Source: an uncultured Nitrososphaeraceae archaeon | GTDB lineage: Archaea > Thermoproteota > Nitrososphaeria > Nitrososphaerales > Nitrososphaeraceae | Direction: 5' to 3' | DNA: 64,000 bases | Assembly (NCBI GenBank): GCA_963779615.1 | Contig: CAVZZA010000003.1 | Coordinates: 32,001 to 96,000 of the forward strand | Shown: positions 1-10,433 of the stretch, one piece after another | Layout of the letters: every line of letters begins with the position of its first letter | Numbering within the stretch: position 1 is the stretch's first letter | Position numbers and translations under genes: made by a program | Notes under the pieces: generated by a model | What the model saw: the letters and a program-made list of their open reading frames with translations, nothing else | What the model was told of the DNA's origin: nothing | Databases searched by the model: none

Positions 1-2
1 AG

Positions 3-617
3 AATACGGTTTTTGCAAAGGACAATAGTGATGATAACGATAAAGACGATGATGATGGCCGCAGTGACAATGATGATGACAGCAAGTTTGTGGACAACAA
101 TGCCATCCAGATATGCTGTACTTGGGGTCAGGAGTTGGCAGACGGTGTCCTTACTTACTCATTTGAGGACAAGGACAAAAAGGTAGAGGCTTCGATTATA
201 AAGGCAGCGGATTCATGGAATGAGGTGCTGAATGGAGTTCAGCTCAAGAAAACCAAAGGTGATGGTGAGGTTTTAATCTCTTTTAGGACTGACGGCAAAA
301 AGGTTGCAGGAGAAACGGTAAACTATTTTGATGGCGATGGATTTATCAGAAAATCCCACATCACAATATCAAAGGAATCATATGACAATGAATTTAGCCC
401 ACCACAAATAGAACAAATTGTCAAGCATGAACTTGGGCACGTATTGGGTATGGGCCACGCAAACTTTAACGGTAATCTAATGTCAACCAGAGTTGACACC
501 GGAAGTGGAGCTATAACAGCTTGTGAAATCGAGGCGGTAAATACCGCGAATGCCTGGAAGATAAATGGAGATGGGTCATCCATGCACAATCCGTATGAAA
601 ATTACATCATTTGCTAA
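3..617 (+). CDS. Matrixin/M10-like zinc metalloprotease (5' partial)
   Basis: Metzincin motif HELGHVLGMGH followed by an NLM Met-turn. The frame is open back to the window edge through an Asp-rich tract (DNSDDNDKDDDDG), so the true start lies upstream. Confidence 0.85.
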   Translation, partial: NTVFAKDNSDDNDKDDDDGRSDNDDDSKFVDNNAIQICCTWGQELADGVLTYSFEDKDKKVEASIIKAADSWNEVLNGVQLKKTKGDGEVLISFRTDGKKVAGETVNYFDGDGFIRKSHITISKESYDNEFSPPQIEQIVKHELGHVLGMGHANFNGNLMSTRVDTGSGAITACEIEAVNTANAWKINGDGSSMHNPYENYIIC

Positions 618-924
618 AGGTGTTCTTTGTACAATAGAACAGAATAATAGAGGAGTGTTATCTTTTTTCAAGGATAAAGCACAACTTTAGCTCAACAGAC
701 CAAATCGACCATTTTTACAGATTCATTTAACAAGTATGGAAACAGGCCATCAACACGAATAACAACTATCATGATTGAATGAGAGAGTATTCGGTATGGG
801 CAGTGTTTGGGTATGCTTTATCGCGTCATAAACCGCTTGCACTTCAAGGTAAAAGCGGGATAAAACAGTCAGGAAAATAATGATTCAATACAGAGATATA
901 TATAATTTATAACACAACTTTTTT

Positions 925-1638
925 TTGGAGTCTCATTTGGACAAGGATGATTATTACAAGACACTCGGAGTATTAAAAGAGGCCAGCGACAAAGAGATCA
1001 AAAGTGCCTATAGGCGCCTAGCTAGGGAATATCATCCCGACAGAAATTCTAACGTTTCTGACGACATAATGAAGAAAATAAACATAGCCTTTGAGGTTCT
1101 TTCTGATCCTGAAAAAAGAAATGAATATAATAAATTCAGTTTCGTTGATGTTTTGGAAGACAATGATAAAACAAATGATGATGCGCATACAAGTGGCAAT
1201 GTTATTGATAGCGGTAATTACCAAGCAAAGTACAAAAGAAGAAAACATGCATCCTCTCCTGCCGCTGCCGCTGATACTATCAACGATTACCCCAACAACC
1301 ATAAAGACGACAACGGATACTATGCCTTTCAAAAAACGGCAGCGGCAGCGGCAGCAGCAGCAGCAGAACCAGCAACTTTTGCTAATGACCCATTACCCAT
1401 TCCAGAAAGCCGATATCACATAATTGTCGAGCCGTCCCTCTGTCTTGCATTTGGTAGTTGTGAAACGCTCGCCCCAAAAGTGTTTGTAGTAGAAAAAGAC
1501 AAACCAATAAACCCAAAGGCCATAGTCAAATCAGAAACCGGGGCAGAATTTGAAACAATACTTGATGCCGCCAAAACGTGCCCTACAAAAGCAATCATAA
1601 TTATAGACAGATACACAGGCGAACGCATTTTCCCTTGA
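925..1638 (+). CDS. DnaJ-domain/ferredoxin fusion protein (DnaJ-Fer)
   Basis: N-terminal J domain (DYYKTLGV...YHPDRN...AFEVLSDPEKR) and C-terminal ferredoxin (CLAFGSC...TCPTKAI), joined by a low-complexity poly-Ala linker. Confidence 0.9.
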   Translation: MESHLDKDDYYKTLGVLKEASDKEIKSAYRRLAREYHPDRNSNVSDDIMKKINIAFEVLSDPEKRNEYNKFSFVDVLEDNDKTNDDAHTSGNVIDSGNYQAKYKRRKHASSPAAAADTINDYPNNHKDDNGYYAFQKTAAAAAAAAAEPATFANDPLPIPESRYHIIVEPSLCLAFGSCETLAPKVFVVEKDKPINPKAIVKSETGAEFETILDAAKTCPTKAIIIIDRYTGERIFP

Positions 1639-2373
1639 TACCATGCTGTTTAATCAGGATGCAATTAGCAAATATCGCTAATTGACTAATATCTACTGCG
1701 CCTTTGATTCACAAAGCAGGAAATCTGAAGCTCAAACGCAGGGTTACTTTTTCTTTTAGGTCGGTATCTCTGTTTAAGCACTAGTGCAGTAGATGCGGCA
1801 CGAGCTTTCTGACTGCTATCTACCCAAAGTGATGAAAATATTCTCTTGGTTAGCAGTTTTGGTAATATATCATATTCCCTGTCTTACTTTCCAAACCTGT
1901 TACTGAAAATACCATTCAGTATCCTTTACCCTCCCTTTTCACAAATGACGGTCATATGTTGGAGTTGATGGATAATCAGCAATGGATTTCCTAGTCATAT
2001 GATGACGTCCATTATCGCATTCTTCCTTATGATGATATCCTGATTGGTACCACGAATAGATTGCTGATTACATAGATGGGTGCACATTTTCTTATTCGTA
2101 TTTTTGTATGATTGTTTTATGCACCGGCTGCAGACGTTACTCTGATCCAGGTCAGAGGCAAATATTGTCAGGTGGAATAGGTCAAGGCGGCAGGAGGCGA
2201 AAGGCATGTGGATCCTGTTTTTTACCCGTTTTGGGATGGTTTCTACAGCCATGGATCTTTTTTATTTGCTTTTCTCTTTGTTGATAGAGGTCGAAACCAT
2301 GTTTGTCAAGTTTGTTCCGGATTTCTTTGAGGGTGGAATCAATATTCCTTGCCATGAGGCTCACAAACTACCT

Positions 2374-2446
2374 CAAAAGCGATGGTTTATGAATAGCCTA
2401 TCAGCCAAAAGCGATGGTTTATGAATAGCCTATCAGCCAAAAGCGA
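2374..2446. repeat. 32-bp tandem direct repeat (2.3 copies)
   Basis: CAAAAGCGATGGTTTATGAATAGCCTATCAGC occurs at 2374-2405 and 2406-2437, then CAAAAGCGA. Confidence 0.9.
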
Positions 2447-2591
2447 GAAGGAACATTTGATGAAGATTTGACGGCCACAAAAACTGTTTTGAATCAACCA
2501 TGCACAAAATCTTTGACGCGAATGCAAAAGTTGGAGATAAGGATAACATATTATTATTAATTACACATCAAGAATAGTGTGATTAGGGAAG

Positions 2592-3581
2592 TTGTCTGAC
2601 ACAATAGATCAAAAAAACACCATACTTAACTTATATAATTCCGGAATTGATCCAGAAACAATATCCATGGAATTGGACATTAATCAGGATATTGTTATGA
2701 AAGTGATAAAAAATGAAACTATTAGAGAACAAAAAAAACCAACAAACAACACATCAAATGTTCTTTTAAACAGAATATATCTTGATGCGATTGTTGACAT
2801 TGACGCCATAATAAAAGAGTCTCAGGTTAATACATGGAAGGCGCTAAAATCAAAACCTGAATTCAATACCTCTTTTAAGGATACACAAAAAATATTAGAA
2901 AACTATGGGGAATCCAAAATCAATCTTGTAATTTTACATGTTGATTTGGTAGGCTCAACCAGGATGTCCTTAAATTTACCTATTGACAGGCTAACGACAA
3001 TAATTAGATCGTTTGCTCAACAAATGTCTCTTGTGGTATCAATGTACGGGGGGTATGTCCTAAAGTATATCGGGGATGCAGTTTTGGCTTTTTTTGTGGC
3101 AGAAGATGTTCCTGAGAACAAACCTCAAGATACAGGAATTGATTCCAAAGCCAAGGGTAAGGATAACTCATATTCACTTCAATACAGCAATGCAATAAGT
3201 TGTGCATACACCATGATCAAAGTCATACAGGAGGGTATAAACCCCATACTAAATCAATATGACTATCCCGAACTAAAAACAAGAATAGGAATAGATTATG
3301 GCGAGATTGCGATAGTCCAGTATGGCTGGGATATTGACGAGTATGAGAATGTCGTATTAAAAAAACCCCACCTTGACCTGATAGGGTACACCATCAGCAT
3401 AGCGGTAAAAATGACCTCTCTCGTAGATCCGGATCACATAGTAATCGGTCAGAAATTATTTGACAAATTAGACATTACACAAAAAAACAACTTTAAGCAA
3501 TTACCCGCCAATCCAGATATTTGGGGCTATATGCATAAGACAACTGGCAAAGTATACGATATTTATGGTAACAAAAAATAA
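2592..3581 (+). CDS. Class III adenylate/guanylate cyclase domain protein
   Basis: VILHVDLVGST, KYIGDAVLAFF, RIGIDYG and DLIG motifs, with a short HTH-like N-terminus. Confidence 0.88.
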   Translation: MSDTIDQKNTILNLYNSGIDPETISMELDINQDIVMKVIKNETIREQKKPTNNTSNVLLNRIYLDAIVDIDAIIKESQVNTWKALKSKPEFNTSFKDTQKILENYGESKINLVILHVDLVGSTRMSLNLPIDRLTTIIRSFAQQMSLVVSMYGGYVLKYIGDAVLAFFVAEDVPENKPQDTGIDSKAKGKDNSYSLQYSNAISCAYTMIKVIQEGINPILNQYDYPELKTRIGIDYGEIAIVQYGWDIDEYENVVLKKPHLDLIGYTISIAVKMTSLVDPDHIVIGQKLFDKLDITQKNNFKQLPANPDIWGYMHKTTGKVYDIYGNKK

Positions 3582-3802
3582 AATAATGTCATTCATCTTT
3601 ATAGAGACACTCTATTCAGTTGTTTTTGGTATTAATTATAGTCACAAAACAATATAAAGAAAACCACCTGGAAAGCGCATTGGATGTTCCTTATGATTGG
3701 GTCTACCACCCTTGACGACCCTTTATGTCAGCAAAAGGAATCTGACAACAAACTCAAATGCTATAGAGTCGGGATTGCGACTTTAACAGAAAAATGCAGA
3801 GG

Positions 3803-3946
3803 TTAACCTACACCACTTGGCCTTTTATGCTCCGAATGCTCTAATTTTATATGTTCTTCTTTTTCGTCCAAAGTATTGAATTTAATTCCACAATGCTCAC
3901 AGGTAAGGTTTGAGGATTTTGTTCCGGATGAAGACGCAGCAGACAT
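3803..3946 (-). CDS. C2H2 zinc-finger microprotein (47 aa)
   Basis: Hand translation gives MSAASSSGTKSSNLTCEHCGIKFNTLDEKEEHIKLEHSEHKRPSGVG (C-x2-C-x3-F-x8-H-x4-H). A paralogue lies at 59844-59994. Confidence 0.8.
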   Translation of the reverse strand: MSAASSSGTKSSNLTCEHCGIKFNTLDEKEEHIKLEHSEHKRPSGVG

Positions 3947-4322
3947 ACTTGTACACTCTATTACAATATGATCAAAGAATATAAAGAATTACAAAACTAC
4001 AAAACCATATAAGAATGATGACAATATTCCGGTCTCCCAAACATCAACATGGAAAACAAACAACATCAGATTATGAAAAGCCCCAACTCATAAATCTGCC
4101 AGTATGTTTTTTCATTAATAACGGCCCGGATTCAATAAATTACAAGGAGAAGAAAAGTCATAATCTATTTGAACAAGTAACAAAAGGTTTTGGGCTTTAA
4201 ATGCAAACAGGAATTTAACTCCTAGTTTTATTATTTTTATGTTAATTTTAGAAATGGATAATATGGTGATAATGCCCATTTTTTGTTAGTTTATAAAAAG
4301 GCGGAGGTATACGCCATTATAC

Positions 4323-5087
4323 ATGACAACGAAAACCGCGCTTTCATTTTTGGCAATTGTAGCAATCATGTCGGCCATAATGGCAATATTAAACGGATAC
4401 AGCATATCAATCATTTCCCTCATAAACGCTCAACCACCTTCCAATGATACGCAAAGCAGTGGGCAAAAACCACTTCCCGTTTTATTGATACATGGTTATG
4501 CAGAAGACTCTCAAATATGGAAAAAATGGGACGAATTGCTGAAAAAAGATGGCATTGCTGTCTACACAATGACCTTTAAGGAATCGGATGACAAGTGCGG
4601 ATCTTCAGCAGAGCACGCCAAAGAGCTAAACAAAAGGGTCAAGGCCATTCTGAACAGCACAGGGCAAAAGCAGTTAAATTTGGTCGGCCATAGCAAAGGA
4701 GGATTGGATGCAAGAGTATTTTTGGCAGATTCCAATGTAAAGGATGTTGCAAATCTGATCATGATTGGAACTCCAAACAACGGGTCTCCTGCCGCTGAGT
4801 TTAGCAGCATTTGTGAACCAGCTATAGACGATTTAAAGCCCGGAGCAAATTCAACCAAAGCAAAAATGAATCCAAACACCAAATATTACACCATTAGTGG
4901 AGATTGGACCCCCATAACCGAAGGAAATCCTTTGATTCCCGGGAAGGATGACGGTTTAGTTCCGGTAAATAGTGTAGAGTCAGAGAAATACTTTAAAAGT
5001 TTGGGTAGAACCGGGCATGCTCACGCTGATCTTTTGTCAGAGGATGAGTACAATATGTCAAAGGGAACACTAGCAGGGAAAAGGTGA
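4323..5087 (+). CDS. Secreted alpha/beta hydrolase (lipase/esterase)
   Basis: Hydrophobic N-terminus, oxyanion motif VLLIHG, nucleophile elbow GHSKGG, GTPNNGS, DDGLVP and a catalytic His (HAHADLL). Confidence 0.88.
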   Translation: MTTKTALSFLAIVAIMSAIMAILNGYSISIISLINAQPPSNDTQSSGQKPLPVLLIHGYAEDSQIWKKWDELLKKDGIAVYTMTFKESDDKCGSSAEHAKELNKRVKAILNSTGQKQLNLVGHSKGGLDARVFLADSNVKDVANLIMIGTPNNGSPAAEFSSICEPAIDDLKPGANSTKAKMNPNTKYYTISGDWTPITEGNPLIPGKDDGLVPVNSVESEKYFKSLGRTGHAHADLLSEDEYNMSKGTLAGKR

Positions 5088-5479
5088 TGCAGAGCATCAT
5101 TGCCGGCCTATTCAACTTTTCTAACTCGGCACTTTATGGTAAGATGACATATTAATATAGTTAGAGAAGGGAAAAGGGATCCATTTGTATTTTCAATCCA
5201 CCATTCTAAAAACAAACAAAAATAAGAAAGAAAACTTGTTCGGGTTAATTTATGATTTCAAGCAGGATAGTTCAACTAACATTGCATCTGCAGTTAATAA
5301 CATAAAAAAAATTAATGGAACCGCCTAATTTTTTTATTGCCTCATTGACATCACAATGTCAAGTCAAAAGATGAAAATGTATACGGCCAACTCAGGATAT
5401 GAACACATTGCCCTGAATAGGACAATTTGCAACGGTTATCCTTTTGCAGCGTTGTTTTCTTTTTGTTTGGTATCTCCGC

Positions 5480-7204
5480 TCACTTCCCTACAGTGACCAT
5501 GGCTGTCATCCATGGATGAATTGTGCAGTAATAGGGATATCCCCCTTCTTTTTCAAATTTATGCTTAAATGAACCATTACCCATTATAATTCCAGAATCA
5601 AATTCACCACTTGGCCCTGATTTTGCAAGCCCTGATGTTACGGTGTGAGGAATACTGTCATCATTGTTTGTCCATGTTACTTCGGTCCCTTGCTTTATCT
5701 TTGGGTTAGGGGGATCATAGAATATTTTGTTGCCAGGGTTAGCCGCACCCGAAACTATGGAAACCAAGTCATTTTTATTGTCGTTGCTGCCGCTGTTTAA
5801 AGTCATATTGGCGTCGGTGTTGTTTTTATCACTTGATTTTGTGGCTAAACTCTTATCCAGTGATAAAGACAGGTTTTCCCCGCCTTGTTGTATCTCTTTA
5901 GTTTCATTGTCTGTATTTTGCTCCTCCAGGGTGTCCCCGCCTTGAGAGTAATTCATCACTTGCGGTCTTTGCAACTTTTTTTGCAATTCATATTGCCAGT
6001 CAAACATGGACACGCTTTTGGTTAACGGCTTAGAACTGTTGTCAGATTGAGCAACAGACGATGATGTGGAATTTTCATTGTTTAATTGGGACTCTATCGG
6101 CGCTACCCCTTTTCCTGTTTCTTCTTCTTCTTCTTCGCCTCCCCCTGCAACAACTTGTATCTGACCCATATTGCCCCTTTCTTCCTGGATTCCATGGCTA
6201 TGGAACAAAAAGGTACCAGGATATTTCCACTTGGCCTCAATTATTGATGCGTCTCCGGGGGCTATGGGGACAGTCTGTGCATGAAAAGGGGGATTGTCCC
6301 ACAACCCTGACGGATAGGCGGAAAATGTGGTGCTGTGAAGATGGAAAGAGACGGGTATTGATGTACCGAGATTAATTACATACAATCGCATTAACTCGCC
6401 ATAATTAATTTGAAGGGGATTATGCATATACTGATCGGCATATCCATTTATGATATAATAATCGGCATCCAGCCCTAACTGATCCTCGAGGCTGTATTCA
6501 CCCATCACCATGACAAATTCTTTTGCGGGTGGCAATGGTTTGTCCTTTGGGTCTACGATTAGTGCACCGTACATGCCCATCCTTATATGCAAAGAGGTTG
6601 GCGGAGCATGGCAATGGTACATTAACGCGCCGGCAGGCTCACCCGTTATGTTATACAAATATGTTTGATTGGGCATTACTTGAGGAACCACACCATCATT
6701 CAAGTCATCATGATTACCGTGGAAATGTATTGTGTGAGGGATTGGAGATTTATTTATGTATTTAATGGTCACATTTTCACCTTCGGTCAACCTTATAGTA
6801 GGTCCGGGAACTGTTCCATTGTATGTCCAGACCTTAACCTTTTTTCCAGGGGCGATATCAATTTCTGCGTCCTCTGTAACAAGGGTTATCTGTCTATTTG
6901 GGACAGTTGCCTCCCTATCTGGCTTGGCATTGTTTTCTTTACCCGCGCTTGCACTAGACAAAAATGATCCATTGTCCTGTTTGAGGTTTGCTTGGCTGAC
7001 TGCTTGTGCAAACACGATATTATCATTATCATACACAACTATCTTTTCACCAGTGATTGAAAGAGACACAAATATTGCAAAAAGAGACAAAATCGGTAAA
7101 ATCAAACAATAACCTTTTTTTAATAACTTTAATCTGTTCACCAATAACCTGTTCATCAAGTTTGATTTGATATGCCCTGAAATACAATATAAATTTATAA
7201 GCAA
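5480..7204 (-). CDS. Two-domain multicopper oxidase fused to a C-terminal plastocyanin-like cupredoxin
   Basis: HTIHFHG, YHCH...LHIRMGM, FHLHS and FHSHG motifs; C-terminal HTVTS...YYCTIHPWM; N-terminal TM/signal segment. The start may be a downstream Met. Confidence 0.9.
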   Translation of the reverse strand: MLINLYCISGHIKSNLMNRLLVNRLKLLKKGYCLILPILSLFAIFVSLSITGEKIVVYDNDNIVFAQAVSQANLKQDNGSFLSSASAGKENNAKPDREATVPNRQITLVTEDAEIDIAPGKKVKVWTYNGTVPGPTIRLTEGENVTIKYINKSPIPHTIHFHGNHDDLNDGVVPQVMPNQTYLYNITGEPAGALMYHCHAPPTSLHIRMGMYGALIVDPKDKPLPPAKEFVMVMGEYSLEDQLGLDADYYIINGYADQYMHNPLQINYGELMRLYVINLGTSIPVSFHLHSTTFSAYPSGLWDNPPFHAQTVPIAPGDASIIEAKWKYPGTFLFHSHGIQEERGNMGQIQVVAGGGEEEEEETGKGVAPIESQLNNENSTSSSVAQSDNSSKPLTKSVSMFDWQYELQKKLQRPQVMNYSQGGDTLEEQNTDNETKEIQQGGENLSLSLDKSLATKSSDKNNTDANMTLNSGSNDNKNDLVSIVSGAANPGNKIFYDPPNPKIKQGTEVTWTNNDDSIPHTVTSGLAKSGPSGEFDSGIIMGNGSFKHKFEKEGGYPYYCTIHPWMTAMVTVGK

Positions 7205-7424
7205 TTCAGTGCCAATATTCCCATTTTAAGGTTCAAAACAGGCATTTACAAACCATAATGAAAATAAATGAAAAGACCGGCATTGTAGTCCATCACCCAT
7301 CAAATGAACACGTCAATAAAAAATCAAGAACATAAAAAAAAGATAAACTTGATTGTCCCTTAATGTAATGCGTTGTCAATCGAATTGAGGTTACTTTTGT
7401 GCTCCTCAAACCGATTCCACGGGT

Positions 7425-8426
7425 TTATTCTGGTCTTTCTTTTGAATTGTAAACGATGTTATTAAATGCATCAATATTTGCAAAGGCGATATCACGCGCC
7501 ATCCGGTTTAAAGCAATAGCATTCTCTGTATAAATAATAGATATTCTTGAGCATATGCCAAGTAGCCTGCTAAGGTATGCTTGATTACCCCAAACTAGAT
7601 TAGTGTTTCCAAAATAGGGGACAAACATGGATTGAAAGGAATTCATAAACTGCTTTTGCAGAGCCCTATAATTATTTGCAATTTCCCGGTTTAATTGGAA
7701 CGACTGTTCCCTGGCTTCATCAATAGACTGCGAATGAGGTGGAGTTAACCCTGTTTTGCCTGTTTCTATTTGTGCATTGTCTCTATCTTCACCCAAATTT
7801 CTGTTTGGATGTTCCTGGTTTTTTTGATTATTAAAACTGCTTGACATTAATTCATTCTCCCCAGGCAATGTCGAGGGTGAAATTTGTGGTGGTTGTTGTT
7901 GAGGCGATAATGGTACCTCTTTAGACATAGTCGGCGAATGAACCTTAACTCTTAATTCGGATTCAACCTCTTTGTCTTTGTCTTCTACGGGCACCTCTAG
8001 TTCTGTTTGTACTTCTACATCTATTCCGCCTTCTGCAGGGACCATCGTTACTGCTGCGATAATAGCTTCCTCATTCTCTTTCACATCCACAGGATTAACG
8101 ATTATCTCATCTCCATCTAAAATTGAATCTTTTGATTGGTCTGAAGTGTCTTTGACATTTTTTGCTGTTTTTGAAATACCACCATCGTCAAGGGACAAAA
8201 CACTTCCCTTGTTTTCCCCGTTACCGCCTCGCTCAAGTCCATTGGTTTTAAAAGTATCATCCTTAATCCCCGTGGTATCACCTGCCTCTGTTGGCCCTTC
8301 CACAACGACCTCCTTTCCAGTATCTATTGCTTCTTTGACTACCTCGCCAATAGTCGGGGTCAATGATTTTCTTTTATTATCGTTTTGATTACCATCATTA
8401 GTATTTTGATTATAATTACCAGTCAT
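7425..8426 (-). CDS. Hypothetical protein, acidic low-complexity N-terminus with helical (possibly phasin-like) C-terminus
   Basis: 333-aa ORF with ATG and AT-rich upstream. The C-terminal REIANNYRALQKQFMNSFQS...ENAIALNRMARDIAFANIDAF segment is amphipathic. Confidence 0.65.
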   Translation of the reverse strand: MTGNYNQNTNDGNQNDNKRKSLTPTIGEVVKEAIDTGKEVVVEGPTEAGDTTGIKDDTFKTNGLERGGNGENKGSVLSLDDGGISKTAKNVKDTSDQSKDSILDGDEIIVNPVDVKENEEAIIAAVTMVPAEGGIDVEVQTELEVPVEDKDKEVESELRVKVHSPTMSKEVPLSPQQQPPQISPSTLPGENELMSSSFNNQKNQEHPNRNLGEDRDNAQIETGKTGLTPPHSQSIDEAREQSFQLNREIANNYRALQKQFMNSFQSMFVPYFGNTNLVWGNQAYLSRLLGICSRISIIYTENAIALNRMARDIAFANIDAFNNIVYNSKERPE

Positions 8427-9117
8427 ATATTGATTAATAGCAATAAAGTATAATTAATACATATAGCAAAAGTACCGGTTTAGATTAACACACTGTTAAG
8501 CAAATCCCGAAATTGATGAACCAGAGGATTTACAGATAGAGATTTTTGTACACATGACAATGGGGGACATCCAAATTTTATTTTCCTTCAAATTACCAAA
8601 TCATCCATAGTTAGTGAAGTGTCGCTCTAAAGATGAATATATGCAGTTAAAAGATGTTGTGGGATTTACACCATGGCAAAACCAATAACAGGGGTAGCAG
8701 TATGCCTTATTTTTGTTAAATGCCATTATCAATATCGTTATATCGAATTAGTTTTTTAAAGATATCTTAATGGATCTCTTGCATAATTAGGTGGATATCA
8801 AATTTTTACCGCAAATCTATATCTTTTTATAAAATTTACATTTTGTTTTGCGCAATATGTTTGATATTCTGTGGATTTTTAGAAATTTATTAACAGGTGC
8901 TGATTATGCAAGAGGTTCAATGTCTTATCACTTTTTACATTTGCAACATAAAAAAATTGCTTTTCGGATGATTTGCAAATGACCAAATTCAACAAAAAAA
9001 TGTTAAAAACAAAAAAAATTATAGGACATCAAATAAATCCTAAATTTGATAACAAACCAACAAAACCAAATTAGTGAAAAACATGGTATGAAGGTTCAGG
9101 AAAAGGAAATACCTTTG

Positions 9118-10080
9118 CTATTTGACTGGCGAGTAGACATGTATATCTGAGTCTATACCATCAGTCACATATACGTCCCCCAGTGAGTTTATGGCTATAG
9201 ACGAAGGGTCTTGGAATCTTTCTATGCTGTTTCCAGTATTACCAAATTGTGTTAGGTAGTTTCCATTTTTGTCAAATACCTGTACACGGTTGTTCTCGTT
9301 ATCAACCACATACAGGTTATCCCCAGAATCTATCGCGATCTCAATTGGGTTTTCAAACTGGCCATTCCCTGATCCAGGCGTTCCAATTTGCGTCAAATAT
9401 TTTCCGGTTTTATCGAATTTTTGTATCCTGTCGTTCCCTGAATCAGCTACAAAGATGTTTCCAGTGGAATCTAACGATACGTCAGTAGGATTGATAAATT
9501 GGCCATTCCCTGGTCCATAGGATCCAAACCTCATCAAAAAGTTTCCGTTTTTGTCGAATTTCTGAACATTATTGTTTTCGCCAAAGTCAGTAGCAAATAT
9601 GTTATCTTCTGGACCCACACCCAATCCTCCGGGGTTAATAAATTGCCCCGGACCCAAACCTACAGAGCCAAAAGTACGGACAAATGTGCCGTTTTTATCA
9701 AATTCTTTGATTGCATAGGCAGGGTTCCCAAAGTCAGCAATGAAAACATTATCTTTTGAATCTACTGCCATTCCTGTTGGATTGGAGAAATATTGAGGTC
9801 CGTTGCCAAATGTACCAAAGCCCAAAATAAAGGTACCAGTGGGTGAAAACTTTTGAATCATTCTCGTACTGTAACCTGTTAAATCTCCTACATACACATT
9901 ATTTTCAGAATCTATAGCTACACCACTGGTTTGTTTGAATTGTCCGTAGGCAATTCCTTTTTCTCCCCACATTGTCTTGTGTGCAAACTCTAAAGCATGA
10001 ACCGAAAGAGAGTTTGATATCGCTACTAAAAATGATAACACAATTACGATACCAAAGATAAAAAATGGTTTAACCTTCAT
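9118..10080 (-). CDS. Secreted NHL-repeat beta-propeller protein
   Basis: Signal peptide and about six repeats of the GxGxGQFxNPxG(I/V)AxDSxxN(I/V)(F/Y)VAD...RIQKFD type. Confidence 0.9.
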   Translation of the reverse strand: MKVKPFFIFGIVIVLSFLVAISNSLSVHALEFAHKTMWGEKGIAYGQFKQTSGVAIDSENNVYVGDLTGYSTRMIQKFSPTGTFILGFGTFGNGPQYFSNPTGMAVDSKDNVFIADFGNPAYAIKEFDKNGTFVRTFGSVGLGPGQFINPGGLGVGPEDNIFATDFGENNNVQKFDKNGNFLMRFGSYGPGNGQFINPTDVSLDSTGNIFVADSGNDRIQKFDKTGKYLTQIGTPGSGNGQFENPIEIAIDSGDNLYVVDNENNRVQVFDKNGNYLTQFGNTGNSIERFQDPSSIAINSLGDVYVTDGIDSDIHVYSPVK

Positions 10081-10433
10081 AACATTTTATCAATATTATC
10101 ATTATTTAAATACTTTATCAATTTTTGATTTGTTCAGATGCGATGTTTTTCTCCCTTTAAAAACCAATAAAAAATTTGAACGATAGGTTACTTGCAATTT
10201 TTACAATCTTTTCGCCGTCAAGAAAGCAGTAGCCAGCACACACTTTTGGTTTAGTCTTTATGACATCTTAAAGAATTTACAAACTTATTATACTGCCATA
10301 CCCCTTTTGCACCAGGAAAAATGAGATGTTTGCATGTATTCTAATTGCTCGGGATAAAAAGGCATCCCCAACTATAAACTTCTGCCTTATGGACAAAGCT
10401 TTTTGTTTGATAAAAGGAAAGGGAATAAAAAAA

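Noticed and set aside
2374-2446. 32-bp repeats as a mini CRISPR array
   Set aside because: The repeats are directly adjacent with no spacers, and no cas genes are in the window.
5085-5362. Short inverted repeats between the convergent lipase and MCO genes
   Set aside because: TGATGC-AGA-GCATCA, the A8/T8 arms and TTGACAT-N4-ATGTCAA are plausible terminator or chance features with no independent support.
5480-7204. Calling the MCO nirK
   Set aside because: HxH motifs in both domains fit a trinuclear-cluster 2dMCO, and NirK-specific catalytic motifs were not recognised.
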